In this document: piece by piece, positions 27,828 through 39,211 of the stretch
Numbering within the stretch: the first letter of the stretch is position 1
Layout: every line of letters begins with the position of its first letter
Assembly (NCBI GenBank): GCA_964559945.1
Contig: CAZLJY010000003.1
Location: 5,209 to 69,208, forward strand
From: an uncultured Gammaproteobacteria bacterium
Lineage (GTDB): Bacteria; Pseudomonadota; Gammaproteobacteria; Xanthomonadales; SZUA-38
Length of the DNA stretch: 64,000 bases
Direction of reading: 5' to 3'
The notes under the pieces: model-generated
What the model was told of the DNA's origin: nothing
What the model saw: the letters and a program-made list of their open reading frames with translations, nothing else
The model's database searches: none
Made by a program: the position numbers and the translations under genes

Positions 27828-29432
27828 ATGGACGCTAAAACATTCGATTACATTATTGTCGGTGCCGGATCAGCTGGTTGTGTGCTGGCCAATCGCTTAA
27901 GTGAGGATCCCAGCATCAGCGTTCTTTTGCTGGAAGCTGGCGGCCGAGACTGGCATCCGTTCATTCACATGCCTGCAGGCTTGGCCAAGTTGGTCAATGT
28001 GCGCTGGCTCAATTGGGGTTACCAAACTGAACCTGAAGCAAAGCTGGATGGGCGACGCCTCTACTGGCCTCGAGGTAAAGTGCTTGGCGGATCCAGTTCC
28101 ATCAACGCCATGTGTTATGCCCGCGGTCATCGGGCCGACTATGACCACTGGGCAGACCTGGGCAACAAGGGCTGGAGCTATTCAGACGTTTTGCCGTTTT
28201 TCGTTAAGGCCGAGAATCAGGAGCGGGGAGCTTCCCAATATCACGGAAAAGACGGGCCCTTAAACGTCCAGGATTTGCGTCATCACAATCCACTTAGCGA
28301 GATCTTTCTTGAGGCAGCCCAGGAATGCGGTTTTTCGCGCAATGACGATTTCAATGGCCCGACTCAGCGAGGGTTTGGGTATTACCAAGTGACCCAGAAG
28401 GGTGGCGCACGCTGGAGTACGGCGGCGGGTTATTTGAATCCAGCGAAGGGGCGCCCAAATCTCACTATCATCACCAAAGCGCTGACCCATCGGGTATTGA
28501 TGGAAGGCAATCAAGCGGTTGGCGTTGAGTACTTCAAGGGACGTTATCTGCAAACCGCGAGAGCAGATCGAGAAGTCTTGCTTAGTGCGGGCGCCATCAA
28601 TTCTCCTCAATTGCTGATGCTATCAGGCATTGGCCCCGCACAAGTCATCACCCGCGCCGGCTTAAAGGTGGTCCATGAACTGCCAGGAGTAGGACGCAAC
28701 CTGCAGGATCACCTGGACGTTTGCACTCTGAACCACAGCCACTCCAACGATACCTACGATAAAACTAATGACCTGGCTGTGGGTCTTAAGTACCTGCTGT
28801 TTCATCGCGGCGTTGGTACCTCCAATATCGCGGAGACCGGTGGCTTTGTGGTCAGTGACCTGGCCGAAGACGATCGCCCGGATCTGCAATTTCACTTCGT
28901 TCCAGCCATGTTAGATGACCACGGCCGAAACCGCCTTGATGGCGCTGGAGTCACACTGCATTGTTGTGCCTTGAGGCCTGATAGCCGCGGACACATCGAA
29001 ATTGTTAGCAGTGACCCGAAGAAATATCCGGCAATCCATGCCAACTATCTATCCGCGCCCCAGGATATGGATTTGATGATTGAAGGCATTCGTCTGTCGC
29101 GAAAAATTCTCGCATCCAATGCCTTTAAGTCCTCCCTTGGAGATGAAATTTTTCCAGGATCTGAGGTGACAACCCGAAAAGACCTTGAGGCCTTTGTTCG
29201 ACGCAAATCGGAGACGATTTATCATCCGGTAGGGACCTGCAAAATGGGCGACGACGAACTCTCAGTGGTCGATGATCAACTGCGGGTTCGCGGTCTCGAT
29301 GGACTGCGGGTGATTGATGCATCGGTTATGCCAACCCTAGTGAGCGGCAACACCAATGCACCCACCGTGATGATTGCCGAGCGGGCCAGCGCGCTGATCA
29401 GAAATATCAACGGCTTATCAGATCGGCCCTAA
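27828..29432 (+). CDS. GMC family FAD-dependent oxidoreductase (choline/alcohol dehydrogenase-like)
   Basis: FDYIIVGAGSAGCVLANRLSED Rossmann motif, GGSSSINAM, and a C-terminal HPVGTCKMG...VDASVMP signature. Confidence 0.9.
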   Translation: MDAKTFDYIIVGAGSAGCVLANRLSEDPSISVLLLEAGGRDWHPFIHMPAGLAKLVNVRWLNWGYQTEPEAKLDGRRLYWPRGKVLGGSSSINAMCYARGHRADYDHWADLGNKGWSYSDVLPFFVKAENQERGASQYHGKDGPLNVQDLRHHNPLSEIFLEAAQECGFSRNDDFNGPTQRGFGYYQVTQKGGARWSTAAGYLNPAKGRPNLTIITKALTHRVLMEGNQAVGVEYFKGRYLQTARADREVLLSAGAINSPQLLMLSGIGPAQVITRAGLKVVHELPGVGRNLQDHLDVCTLNHSHSNDTYDKTNDLAVGLKYLLFHRGVGTSNIAETGGFVVSDLAEDDRPDLQFHFVPAMLDDHGRNRLDGAGVTLHCCALRPDSRGHIEIVSSDPKKYPAIHANYLSAPQDMDLMIEGIRLSRKILASNAFKSSLGDEIFPGSEVTTRKDLEAFVRRKSETIYHPVGTCKMGDDELSVVDDQLRVRGLDGLRVIDASVMPTLVSGNTNAPTVMIAERASALIRNINGLSDRP

Positions 29433-29443
29433 CCAGGCCGAAT

Positions 29444-30913
29444 TCAGCCTCCAATAGCGGCAACCTGGACTTGATTTCGACCCTCTCGTTTTGCCTGCAG
29501 CAACGCATGATCAGCCCGAGCGATTGCATGATCAACGTCTTCGCCGCCGGACAGCTCAACAGCGCCAAAGCTGCAACTTAGAGGATCCATAAGATCGTTA
29601 TTGATGGCGGCCACGGCGCCTCGCATACGTTCAGCGGTTAACGCGGCACGTTCAAGATTTGCGCCCGGCAAAAATACGACAAACTCATCGCCGCCATATC
29701 GGCCCAGCAAATCGGTTTTTCGCAACACTGATGCGGCGGCTTGAGCAACCTGCCGCAAGGCTAAATCGCCAGCCGCATGCCCCTGACGGTCGTTGACTGT
29801 CTTAAAATGATCAATATCAAACATGAGTATCGATGATTTGGAGGTTGGCGCCTGAACTCTTAGTCGACTGACCTGCTCGCTAAGACTTTCCCGGGTCAAC
29901 AATCCGGTCAGCTGATCGGTGGCGATTTTTTTCTCTAGGGCCTGATTGGCAGCCATCAACCCTGGCACCGCCATGCCAAAATACGCACTGGCAGCGGTAA
30001 CCGTGACAACAAATTGATAAACCAGGGCCTGCTCATAGAGGTTAAGAACAGAGACTAACAGCGCGGTGGTGGTGCCAAACCAAGCAACACTGAAGGCCGC
30101 CCTGAATGGCGATTCGGTGTAGACCAACCACATCTGTGGAATGATCAGAAAAAACGCCGCAAAAGCCGCCTCAGGCCTGGAAGAATAATAGGCCAAGCTG
30201 ATGGCCAAAAGCTGCATCAGGGTAAGACAGAGCATCTTCAGAGTGAACTCGCGCCAGGATCGCTGATTGGATTGCACGCGAAACAAATCCAACCAGGGCG
30301 CTGGGATAGACAGCAAACGTACCATTGCTGCGGCACACGCTGGCGCCAGCACAATGGCCCCACCCATGTCACCGATCCACCAGGGCAGCCAAACCAGGTC
30401 GTTATTGTCCGATGACAAAGTACCGCCAAGTTTTAACGCAGCCACGCCAACTACAGAGGCCAGCAGCGAGGAGACCGCCGCAATGACCAGAAAGGCGACG
30501 ATGGTTCGGGGAATGGTGATGGCGGTCGCTTTGTCGAACACCCGGCGGATCAAAAGCCCACCCAGGCCATAGGAAAAACAATGACCGGCGCCAAACAGGA
30601 TGCCTGCTAGCAGGAGTTGTGACCAGGGTGTTGCCTCACCGTAGATGGCATCAATCCAGAATGTAGCGATCACTGCGCAAACTAGCACCGGCGGCAAGGC
30701 GCGCCAGCCAGCCACAAAAAATGCCGCCAGACTCAATCCCGCCGGCGGAAACCAGATGCTGGCATGGGGTAGGTATTCCAGCAGCACGGCGGCTCGCCAA
30801 GTGAGCAGCCATAGGGCGCAAAACAACAGCGCCATTCCGGGCGTTAGCATGGGATGACGACGCACCAATGGGTCATTTTCTGGCAATTGTGGAACAGCGC
30901 GCTTGATTGGCAT
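29444..30913 (-). CDS. Diguanylate cyclase with N-terminal MASE1-like integral membrane sensor domain
   Basis: About 300 aa of polytopic membrane domain (IWFPPAGLSLAAFFVAGWRALP...), then a GGDEF domain with an intact RYGGDEFVVFL active site. Confidence 0.85.
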   Translation of the reverse strand: MPIKRAVPQLPENDPLVRRHPMLTPGMALLFCALWLLTWRAAVLLEYLPHASIWFPPAGLSLAAFFVAGWRALPPVLVCAVIATFWIDAIYGEATPWSQLLLAGILFGAGHCFSYGLGGLLIRRVFDKATAITIPRTIVAFLVIAAVSSLLASVVGVAALKLGGTLSSDNNDLVWLPWWIGDMGGAIVLAPACAAAMVRLLSIPAPWLDLFRVQSNQRSWREFTLKMLCLTLMQLLAISLAYYSSRPEAAFAAFFLIIPQMWLVYTESPFRAAFSVAWFGTTTALLVSVLNLYEQALVYQFVVTVTAASAYFGMAVPGLMAANQALEKKIATDQLTGLLTRESLSEQVSRLRVQAPTSKSSILMFDIDHFKTVNDRQGHAAGDLALRQVAQAAASVLRKTDLLGRYGGDEFVVFLPGANLERAALTAERMRGAVAAINNDLMDPLSCSFGAVELSGGEDVDHAIARADHALLQAKREGRNQVQVAAIGG

Positions 30914-31020
30914 TCAGCCGACAGGATCTAATTCGCCCATTTTGGTGGAAAAATCTACAGATGTTAAGGGGGTTTTGGCAGAATAGTATTCCAGCACCAA
31001 ACCAAATTGGAGATAGCCTG

Positions 31021-32187
31021 ATGACCGAAGCGCCCCTTAGCTGGAGTTTCAAACCCAATAAAGCGCCTTACTACATCAATACCGTAGCCCTTAGCGCCGG
31101 TGGCGAAAAGGTCATCACGGGTACGTTCTTCCATCAATATAGCCGACGTAAGGCCAGCAAACCCGCGGTCTCCGAAAAGCTTGGCAGTTACTGTCTGGAC
31201 GCCAGTGGCGCTTTGCTGTGGAAAGATGAATTCACCAACTACGAGGGGGTTTATTGGGCCGCAATAACGCCGGCGGCGGATTTTGCTGCAACCTGCGGCT
31301 GGTATAGCAACAACCCCTATCAAGGTTTTGTGTTCATTTATGACGCCAACACCGGCCAACGGTTGGTGTCCTACACCGACACGCCCCATCGAGTCAGCGT
31401 CTGCGCCTTCTCAGGCAGCGCTAACGTGTTAGCCGCAGCTGGCTCCAGCGTGATGGTGTTTCGCCAATCCGGCGCTAGCTATGAGTCCGAGCCATTAGTC
31501 GTTGATTTGCCGGCCAGTTCTCCATCCGACCCAGATAGCGCACAGGGACTCGCCATTGATGTCACTGGGCGGTGGATTGCGGTAGGCACCTACCAAGGCA
31601 ACATCCACCTCATTGATACCGCGGACGGTAAGGCAACCATCGTCGCCAGTTATAACAGCGGCGAAAGCGTTCATGCCGTATCCATGGACTGGGGCGGCAG
31701 CACCTTTATTGCTGGCGCCAGTGGTGGGCATCTCTATCATTTCACCACCGAAGATTTTCTATCCACGAGCCAACCCGACTGGCGGGTGCTGCTATCCAGC
31801 GGCGGAATTTGCGCCGAATCAGTTTACGGGGTCGCCTTAAGTGAGGATGGATCGACCGCGACCGCAGTTGGAAATATTGGTCAGGGCGGTCAGCTAGGCT
31901 TGCTGAAGATCAACAGCGACGGGGGCCAATGGCAATGGTTCAGTGCCACAGCACACAACCCCAATTCAACCAGCATGACGGGTTCTGGCAATTTTCTGAC
32001 TGTGGCAGACGGCCACCCGGATGGAACACCCGGCGAGTTTTATTACTATTCAGCGGAATCCAATACACCACTTTGGACCTATCCCACCAGCAATATGAGC
32101 TGGCCCATGCAGATTGCCTCTGGCGGCCAGGCCGCGGTGGCCGGCAGTGATGATGGCCACGTTTATTATTTCGCGCCTTTGTCTTAA
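31021..32187 (+). CDS. Beta-propeller repeat protein (WD40/PQQ-like), apparently cytoplasmic
   Basis: Recurrent G.(I/L/V)(H/Y).(I/F/Y) strand motifs (GNIHLIDTADG, GHLYHFTTEDF, GHVYYFAPL) and no signal peptide. ATG 31021; the caller's 30907 start overlaps the divergent GGDEF gene. Confidence 0.55.
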   Translation: MTEAPLSWSFKPNKAPYYINTVALSAGGEKVITGTFFHQYSRRKASKPAVSEKLGSYCLDASGALLWKDEFTNYEGVYWAAITPAADFAATCGWYSNNPYQGFVFIYDANTGQRLVSYTDTPHRVSVCAFSGSANVLAAAGSSVMVFRQSGASYESEPLVVDLPASSPSDPDSAQGLAIDVTGRWIAVGTYQGNIHLIDTADGKATIVASYNSGESVHAVSMDWGGSTFIAGASGGHLYHFTTEDFLSTSQPDWRVLLSSGGICAESVYGVALSEDGSTATAVGNIGQGGQLGLLKINSDGGQWQWFSATAHNPNSTSMTGSGNFLTVADGHPDGTPGEFYYYSAESNTPLWTYPTSNMSWPMQIASGGQAAVAGSDDGHVYYFAPLS

Positions 32188-32252
32188 ACCATCTTCGGAG
32201 TTTTCGTATCTAGCCCATCAGTGGGCGCCGAAAAAAATAGGGCACTCGGTGA

Positions 32253-33098
32253 TTAGATATTGCTGCGCAAGGCCAGCAGCTCAGGGAAAAAACTGGTATC
32301 CAGGGCTTTGCGTAGAAAGCCGACGCCGCTGGACCCGCCGGTGCCGCGCTTGAAACCGATAATTCGCTGCACGGTATACATGTGCCGAAATCGCCAATTT
32401 TGGAACGCGTCTTCTATGTCCACTAGCGTCTCAGCAAGCTCGTAAAGGTCGTAAAATCGTTCACTGAACCGATAAACCTTAGTCCAAGCGGCCTCAACCG
32501 AACCATTGTGCTGATAGGGTTGGGTAAGGTCCCGGGTTGAAAGCTCAGCATCGATGGAAAACCCAGCTCTCTCAAGCTGTCGGATAGACACATCGTAGAG
32601 ACTGGGTTTTTGTAACTGCTGTTCCAGCTTGGCCATATCCACTGGACGGTCCTTGTGGACCTTCACAACACCAGCATTCTTGTTTCCCAGCATAAATTCC
32701 AAGGCTCGGTAACCCACCGATTGAAACCCTGAGGCGTTACCTAGACTATCGCGAAACTTCAGATAGTCCACCGGCGTCATGGTGGCCAAAATGGACCAGG
32801 ACTGCTTCATCTGCTCGAGAATCTGGCGCACCCGGGCCAACACCCGAAACGATGGCCGGAACTTTCCTTCGTCAATCAATGCTATTGCAGCATTGACCTC
32901 GTGACCGGCAAGTTTTAGCCACAACTCACTGGCCTGATGAATGACCACAAACAACATCTCATCGTGCTCATCAGTGCGCATTTCTTGGGCAGACAACACC
33001 TTGTCCAGGTGGAGGTAGTCACCGTAGGCCATACTGTCTTTGAAGTCGGTACGAATGTCAGACTCAACTTCACGGTAGTTGCTATCAAAAGATTTCAC
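32253..33098 (-). CDS. kynA: Tryptophan 2,3-dioxygenase
   Basis: YGDYLHLDKVLSAQ...DEMLFVVIHQASELWLK...RFRHMYTVQRIIGFKRGTGGSSG are TDO family signatures. Confidence 0.92.
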   Translation of the reverse strand: MKSFDSNYREVESDIRTDFKDSMAYGDYLHLDKVLSAQEMRTDEHDEMLFVVIHQASELWLKLAGHEVNAAIALIDEGKFRPSFRVLARVRQILEQMKQSWSILATMTPVDYLKFRDSLGNASGFQSVGYRALEFMLGNKNAGVVKVHKDRPVDMAKLEQQLQKPSLYDVSIRQLERAGFSIDAELSTRDLTQPYQHNGSVEAAWTKVYRFSERFYDLYELAETLVDIEDAFQNWRFRHMYTVQRIIGFKRGTGGSSGVGFLRKALDTSFFPELLALRSNI

Positions 33099-33137
33099 GA
33101 GGTCTACTCCGAAACGCGTAAAACACAGAATTTCCTA

Positions 33138-34499
33138 TCAATCAGAGAGCTTGGGTCGCTCGTTGACAAGATCAAGCAACGATTGTTGAACATCAGCATA
33201 ACGGTCGGGATCAGCAACAAAGGGTAGTGCCATAATTTGATCCATAACGATCTGTTGCGCGTCACCGTTAGCTAGCGCCTGCTGATAGCTGACCTCCGGC
33301 AGAAAAGTCACCTGGGAATACAACGGCGCCCATAGCTCCGGGTGAGCCTGATGAAAATCTCTTTCGATACGTTTTTGCAAAAGAAAACTTTCTCGGCCGG
33401 ACAACTCACTCATTTCGCGAAAATTGCGCATGGCCAAAACGGATAATGCGTCCGCGTTGGGTTTGCGCTCAGCCTGATAAGCCGGCATCACCGTCTGCCA
33501 ATTGTCGCCATGGGAATTAAGCAAATCAGCAAAGGTCTGACAATCCTCAAAACCACAGTTCAGCCCCTGTCCGTAGAACGGTACGATGGCGTGAGCGGCA
33601 TCTCCGATAAGGATCGCGCGCTGATCAAAAACCCATTGCGAAACCTTCGCCAGGGCTAGTGACGACGGGCGTGTTTTCGCAAACCGCTGCAGCGGTCGCT
33701 CAAGAAGCGGCAACGCATCAGCAAAATTTGCAGTCAGAAAGGCCTGAATGTCTGACTCGGTAGATAAACTGGCAAAGGAGTTATCGCCCTCATCGGGTAG
33801 AAACGCTGTTGCCGTCATCGACCCATCCGGGTTGGGCAATGCAATCAACATGTAATTGCCACGAGGCCAAATATGTAGAGAGTCCCTAGCGATGGCATGC
33901 TCTCCACCGGGCAACGCCGGAATGTTGAGCTCAATATAGCTGTGGCCCATTTTGCGCACATCAACCATCGCGCCTGAACACTCCGCTAATAGTTGGCGAA
34001 CTTTGGAGTTGGCCCCATCGGCACCAAACAGGTAATCGAACTCTATGTGCAAATCGCAGTCTTCCGGTCGCGTAAAATGGGCGCGGTTTTCGGCCAGATT
34101 AATGCCCGCTAGTACTGCCTCAAAATGCAAAGTAATACCGGCTTGCTGATCGGCAATGTCGAGCAAGACCTCATTCACCGACGCCCGGGATACCGACCAG
34201 ATAGCCTGTCCGTTCTGACCATAAGGCTGATGGGTAATTTCGCCATCAAGACTGTGCATTGCACGGGTAAACATGGGCAAGGAACGGGCTCTGACCGCCC
34301 TATCGGCCTGTACATATTCGAGTGCGCGCCAGCCCCGCTCAGACAAGGCGATATTGATTGAGCGCCCTTCATAAACGTCATGAATACGTGAGTCTGTACG
34401 CGCCTCTAGAAGATCTACGCGATAACCATGGCGAGCCAGCATAATGGCCAGCAAAGTTCCTACTGGCCCTGCCCCTACCACCGCAATTCGGGTACTCAC
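33138..34499 (-). CDS. kmo: Kynurenine 3-monooxygenase (FAD-dependent)
   Basis: [28 protein letters not shown] dinucleotide fold and [27 protein letters not shown] start overlaps the kynU stop (GTGA). Confidence 0.88.
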   Translation of the reverse strand: MSTRIAVVGAGPVGTLLAIMLARHGYRVDLLEARTDSRIHDVYEGRSINIALSERGWRALEYVQADRAVRARSLPMFTRAMHSLDGEITHQPYGQNGQAIWSVSRASVNEVLLDIADQQAGITLHFEAVLAGINLAENRAHFTRPEDCDLHIEFDYLFGADGANSKVRQLLAECSGAMVDVRKMGHSYIELNIPALPGGEHAIARDSLHIWPRGNYMLIALPNPDGSMTATAFLPDEGDNSFASLSTESDIQAFLTANFADALPLLERPLQRFAKTRPSSLALAKVSQWVFDQRAILIGDAAHAIVPFYGQGLNCGFEDCQTFADLLNSHGDNWQTVMPAYQAERKPNADALSVLAMRNFREMSELSGRESFLLQKRIERDFHQAHPELWAPLYSQVTFLPEVSYQQALANGDAQQIVMDQIMALPFVADPDRYADVQQSLLDLVNERPKLSD

Positions 34500-35779
34500 T
34501 GGCGCGTAGCCAACAGTTCACCAATGGTGTCGCCAAGGCGCCAAACGTCTTCGAAACTGTTGTAAAACGGCACCGGTGCAAATCGCATGACGTCCGGGGC
34601 GCGAAAATCTGCGCTGACTCCGCGCTCACACAGGGCGTTGAAAAACGACTTGTCAGCACCGCCTAATCTGACCGACAGCTGGCACCCACGCTGCATAGGA
34701 TCTGCGGGTGTAATGCACTCCAAGCCCAAACCCGGTTGGCGAGAAAAGGCGGCTTGCAGCACATGTAACAGGTACGCCGTCAACTTCAGGCTCTTGGCCC
34801 TGAGCGCCGCAAGGCCCGCTGCATCGAACAGCTGTAAGGAAGCGTAGAGCATGGCCACCTCCACCGCAGGAGGATTACTCAACTGCCAACCCTGGGCACC
34901 CGGCATAGGGGTGAAACCCGGCTGCATCTCAAAACGGCGAGCTTCGTCATGCCCCCACCAGCCAGCAAACCTGGGACCCTCAAACCCCTCCCCGTATCGC
35001 TCGTGCACATAGGCACCGCCAATGTTCCCAGGGCCGCCATTGAGGTATTTATAGGAACACCAGGCGGCGAAATCCACACCATCATCGTGCAAGGACAAAG
35101 GCACATTCCCCACCGCATGGGCCAGATCGAAACCCGCCTTCGCACCAACCCCATGGGCGGCGCGGGTTAAATCGGCAATATCAAACAACTGGCCGTTGAA
35201 ATAATTGATCCCACCCAGAAAGACCAATGCCAATTGATCACCGCACTGGGCGATCGCGTCTAATAGGTCTTCATGACGAATGATATGTTCACCGGGCCGC
35301 GGGCCAACCTCAACGATGGCTTGTTCGGGAGTGAAACCATGAAAACCCACCTGGGTCTCCAATAGATACCGATCAGAAGGAAACATGCCGGCTTCGCTGA
35401 TGATCTTAAAACGATGTTGGGTAGGACGATAAAAGGACACGAATAGCAAATGAAGGTTGGTGGTCAGAGAGTTCATACACACCACTTCGCTTTCCATCGC
35501 TCCCACTAGCCTTGCGCTTGGGCCAGCCAGTTTTCGGTGACAAGTGAACCATGGGTCTTGGTCTGAAAAATGCCCTTCTACGCCCAGCGCGGCCCAGCGG
35601 GATAGCTCATGGTCCACCGCACTGCGAGCAGTGACCGGCTGCAAGCCCAAGGAATTGCCAGTGAAATACAAAAGCTCTTTGCCTGCATGCTCAGGGCGAT
35701 GAAATTGATCCCTGAAAGGCGCTAATGGGTCCGCCTTATCGCATTGGCGGGCGAAGGTCAGTGTGTTCTCAAAATTCAT
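34496..35779 (-). CDS. kynU: Kynureninase (PLP-dependent)
   Basis: [28 protein letters not shown] (PLP lysine region) and WWGH are typical kynureninase motifs. Confidence 0.92.
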   Translation of the reverse strand: MNFENTLTFARQCDKADPLAPFRDQFHRPEHAGKELLYFTGNSLGLQPVTARSAVDHELSRWAALGVEGHFSDQDPWFTCHRKLAGPSARLVGAMESEVVCMNSLTTNLHLLFVSFYRPTQHRFKIISEAGMFPSDRYLLETQVGFHGFTPEQAIVEVGPRPGEHIIRHEDLLDAIAQCGDQLALVFLGGINYFNGQLFDIADLTRAAHGVGAKAGFDLAHAVGNVPLSLHDDGVDFAAWCSYKYLNGGPGNIGGAYVHERYGEGFEGPRFAGWWGHDEARRFEMQPGFTPMPGAQGWQLSNPPAVEVAMLYASLQLFDAAGLAALRAKSLKLTAYLLHVLQAAFSRQPGLGLECITPADPMQRGCQLSVRLGGADKSFFNALCERGVSADFRAPDVMRFAPVPFYNSFEDVWRLGDTIGELLATRQ

Positions 35780-35821
35780 CGATTAGCGTCCGTTTAGATC
35801 GCGATAAAGCGCTGACTAGTC

Positions 35822-36439
<618 letters not shown>

Positions 36440-36532
36440 CTAAGCAATTGGCCCCATCAAGCCATTGCATGGCGCTGTTGATCACGCCACTATCGGGGCA
36501 GGATTAATCGCTTATCTTAAGGAATCGTTCCC

Positions 36533-37354
36533 ATGTCCAGCCAACCAGCCGCCCCTGCTCGCAAGCCCGTCACCATCAACACGCTGCAAAACATGAAAGG
36601 TAAGGAGCGATTTTCCAGCCTTACTGCTTATGGATACAGCGAGTCTTATGCGGTCAGCGATGCCGGCGTTGAGGTGATTTTGATTGGCGATTCTCTGGGG
36701 ATGGTAATTCAGGGCCACGATAACTCGCTGCCTGTGACCATTGACGATGTGGCGTATCACATCCGCTGCGTTCAGCGCGGTAACCAGGGCTCCCTGTTAA
36801 TGGGCGATCTACCTTTCATGACCTTTTATTCTGAGCAGGTCACCTTAGAAAGCGCGGCAACATTGATGCGCGAGGGTGCCCAAATCGTCAAGCTCGAAGG
36901 CGGCGCTTGGTTAGCAGAAACCACTCGCCTACTCACTCAGCGAGGCATTCCGGTCTGCTGCCACATGGGCCTGATGCCCCAATCGGTCAATCACCTGGGC
37001 GGCTTCCGAGTCCAAGGTCGTGACCCGGATAAGGCCCAATCCATCATTGACGAGGCTCTGGTCCTGCAAGATGCTGGCGCTAGCGTTATTCTTCTGGAAT
37101 GTGTGCCAGCGGAGCTCGGCGGCAGAGTCACCCAGGCTCTCGATATTCCGGTCATTGGGATTGGAGCCGGACCGGAGACTGACGGTCAAATCATGGTTTT
37201 GCAGGACCTGTTAGGGCTGTATCCCGGCCGGCCGGCAAAATTCGTCAAGAACTTCCTAGCCGGTCATGACGATGGCATCCAGGGCGCTATCGCGCGCTAC
37301 GCTGGAGCTGTGAGAGACGGTTCATTTCCTGCCCAAGAGCATTGCTATCAATGA
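36533..37354 (+). CDS. panB: 3-methyl-2-oxobutanoate hydroxymethyltransferase
   Basis: LTAYGYSESY...ILIGDSLGMVIQGHDNSLPVT...VKLEGG...GHMGLMPQS are PanB signatures. Confidence 0.93.
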   Translation: MSSQPAAPARKPVTINTLQNMKGKERFSSLTAYGYSESYAVSDAGVEVILIGDSLGMVIQGHDNSLPVTIDDVAYHIRCVQRGNQGSLLMGDLPFMTFYSEQVTLESAATLMREGAQIVKLEGGAWLAETTRLLTQRGIPVCCHMGLMPQSVNHLGGFRVQGRDPDKAQSIIDEALVLQDAGASVILLECVPAELGGRVTQALDIPVIGIGAGPETDGQIMVLQDLLGLYPGRPAKFVKNFLAGHDDGIQGAIARYAGAVRDGSFPAQEHCYQ

Positions 37355-39051
37355 GCGCAATTCGCCCTGTGCGCATCGTCCTCGCCCTGGCGACGGTTCT
37401 ACTGGCCGGGTGCGCCTCTCAGCCCCAAAAACCTTTCGACACCCTGATTACCGGTGGGCAAGTTTATGACGGTAGCGGGTCTGAGCCCCAGGTGTTGGAT
37501 ATCGGCATCATTGATGATCGCATCGCTGCCATTGGGCAGCTGGACCGCAGCCAAGCAACGATGGTGGTGGATGCCAGCGGCCAGGCCGTTGCCCCCGGAT
37601 TTATCAATATGCTGAGCTGGGCCAGCGATACCCTACTTCACGATGGCCGGGGGCTGTCGGATATCCATCAAGGCGTCACTCTGGAGGTGTTTGGTGAAGG
37701 CTGGTCGATGGGGCCGTGGAACCCATCGATGAAAGCCCAGGATCTAGCCCAACAGGGCGACATCCAGTACGCCATTGAATGGACCAGCTTGGGTGACTAC
37801 TTGGAACACCTTGAACGCACAGGTGTCTCTCCTAACGTCGCCTCATTTGTCGGCGCCACCACAGTGCGTATTCACGAATTGGCGGAAGAAAACCGCGCCC
37901 CTAACGCTGAAGAGCTGGAGCGAATGCGTGAGTTGGTCCGCACTGCCATGAAACAAGGCGCAATGGGATTGGGATCTTCCCTGATTTACGCGCCAGGTTT
38001 TTACGCCTCTACCGAGGAACTCATTGCCTTGGTGGATGTTGTGGAGGACTTTGGCGGCTCCTATATCAGCCACCTGCGCTCCGAAGGCAATCAATTGCTG
38101 CAGGCGGTCGATGAGATTTTGGAAATCGCCAACGCAACGGGCGCTGCGGTGGAGATTTACCACCTAAAAGCCGGCGGCAAGGAAAACTGGCCTAAGATGG
38201 ATAAAGCCATTGCCAAAATCGAGGCTGCACGAAAGGCTGGAATCGATATTCGGGCAAACATGTATACCTACACCGCAGGCGCGACCGGCTTAGATGCCGC
38301 CATGCCGCCCTGGGTCCAGGAGGGTGGCCTTGATGCTTGGGTCCAACGACTGCAAGACCCCGCCATACGGGCCAAAGTCAAAGAGGAAATTGAAACGCCA
38401 ACCAATGAATGGGAGAACCTTTATTTGGCGGCCGGCGACCCCAGCAAATTGCTGCTGATTGGTTTTCGCAGTGACGCTCTGAAACCGTTAACCGGAAAAA
38501 CCCTGGCCGAAGTTGCCGCCCAGCGCGGAACCAGCGCCGCGGACACGATGATGGATTTGGTGATCGAGGATCATAGCCGTGTGGGCACAGTGTATTTTTT
38601 GATGTCGGAGGAAAACGTGGCGAAACAGATGGCACTGCCTTGGATGAGTTTTGGCTCGGACGGCGGCGCCATGGCCCCTGAAGGGGTTTTTCTACGCTCC
38701 AGCACCCACCCTCGGGCTTATGGGAATTTCGCCAGAGTATTGGGGAAATACGTCCGCGATGAGCAAGTCTTGAGCTTAAGCGAGGCGGTGAGAAAACTGA
38801 CATCCCTGCCCGCCCAACATTTGAAAATTAGGCAGCGTGGCGAACTCAAAGTTGGCAACTATGCTGACATCGTGGTGTTTGACCCCGAAACGGTCACCGA
38901 TCACGCTACCTTTGTTGAACCCCACCGCCTTGCTACTGGCATCAACCATGTGTGGGTCAATGGCCAACAGGTTCTCGCCAACGGTGTGCATACCGGCGCA
39001 ACCCCTGGGCGGGTCGTTCGAGGTCCGGGCTGGACTGGCTGGCAGCAATAA
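37342..39051 (+). CDS. N-acyl-D-amino-acid deacylase (D-aminoacylase) family amidohydrolase, lipoprotein
   Basis: Lipobox LLAGCAS, VAPGFINMLSW, a ...HLRSEG... metal-site region, and a C-terminal ADIVVFDPETV...GINHVWVNG. Confidence 0.8.
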   Translation: MLSMSAIRPVRIVLALATVLLAGCASQPQKPFDTLITGGQVYDGSGSEPQVLDIGIIDDRIAAIGQLDRSQATMVVDASGQAVAPGFINMLSWASDTLLHDGRGLSDIHQGVTLEVFGEGWSMGPWNPSMKAQDLAQQGDIQYAIEWTSLGDYLEHLERTGVSPNVASFVGATTVRIHELAEENRAPNAEELERMRELVRTAMKQGAMGLGSSLIYAPGFYASTEELIALVDVVEDFGGSYISHLRSEGNQLLQAVDEILEIANATGAAVEIYHLKAGGKENWPKMDKAIAKIEAARKAGIDIRANMYTYTAGATGLDAAMPPWVQEGGLDAWVQRLQDPAIRAKVKEEIETPTNEWENLYLAAGDPSKLLLIGFRSDALKPLTGKTLAEVAAQRGTSAADTMMDLVIEDHSRVGTVYFLMSEENVAKQMALPWMSFGSDGGAMAPEGVFLRSSTHPRAYGNFARVLGKYVRDEQVLSLSEAVRKLTSLPAQHLKIRQRGELKVGNYADIVVFDPETVTDHATFVEPHRLATGINHVWVNGQQVLANGVHTGATPGRVVRGPGWTGWQQ

Positions 39052-39211
39052 CTATCGGTTCTGCATCAAAGTTGGCGAACCCGTCTCTGGCGCAGAAGAT
39101 TGGCAGGCTAAGTACAGTTTTCTAGGTTACAGTCTAGGGACCCTGTGTAATGGCCGTACTGCCATTGTTGGCAACGGTCGCCGGCACTGGCCGGCCCGAT
39201 TGGAGATATTC

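Noticed and set aside
32188-32252. Bidirectional terminator between the beta-propeller gene and kynA (GCCCA-TCAG-TGGGC, A7 run).
   Set aside because: The stem is only 5 bp, and the A/T runs are not positioned immediately 3' of the stem on either strand. Not confident enough to annotate.
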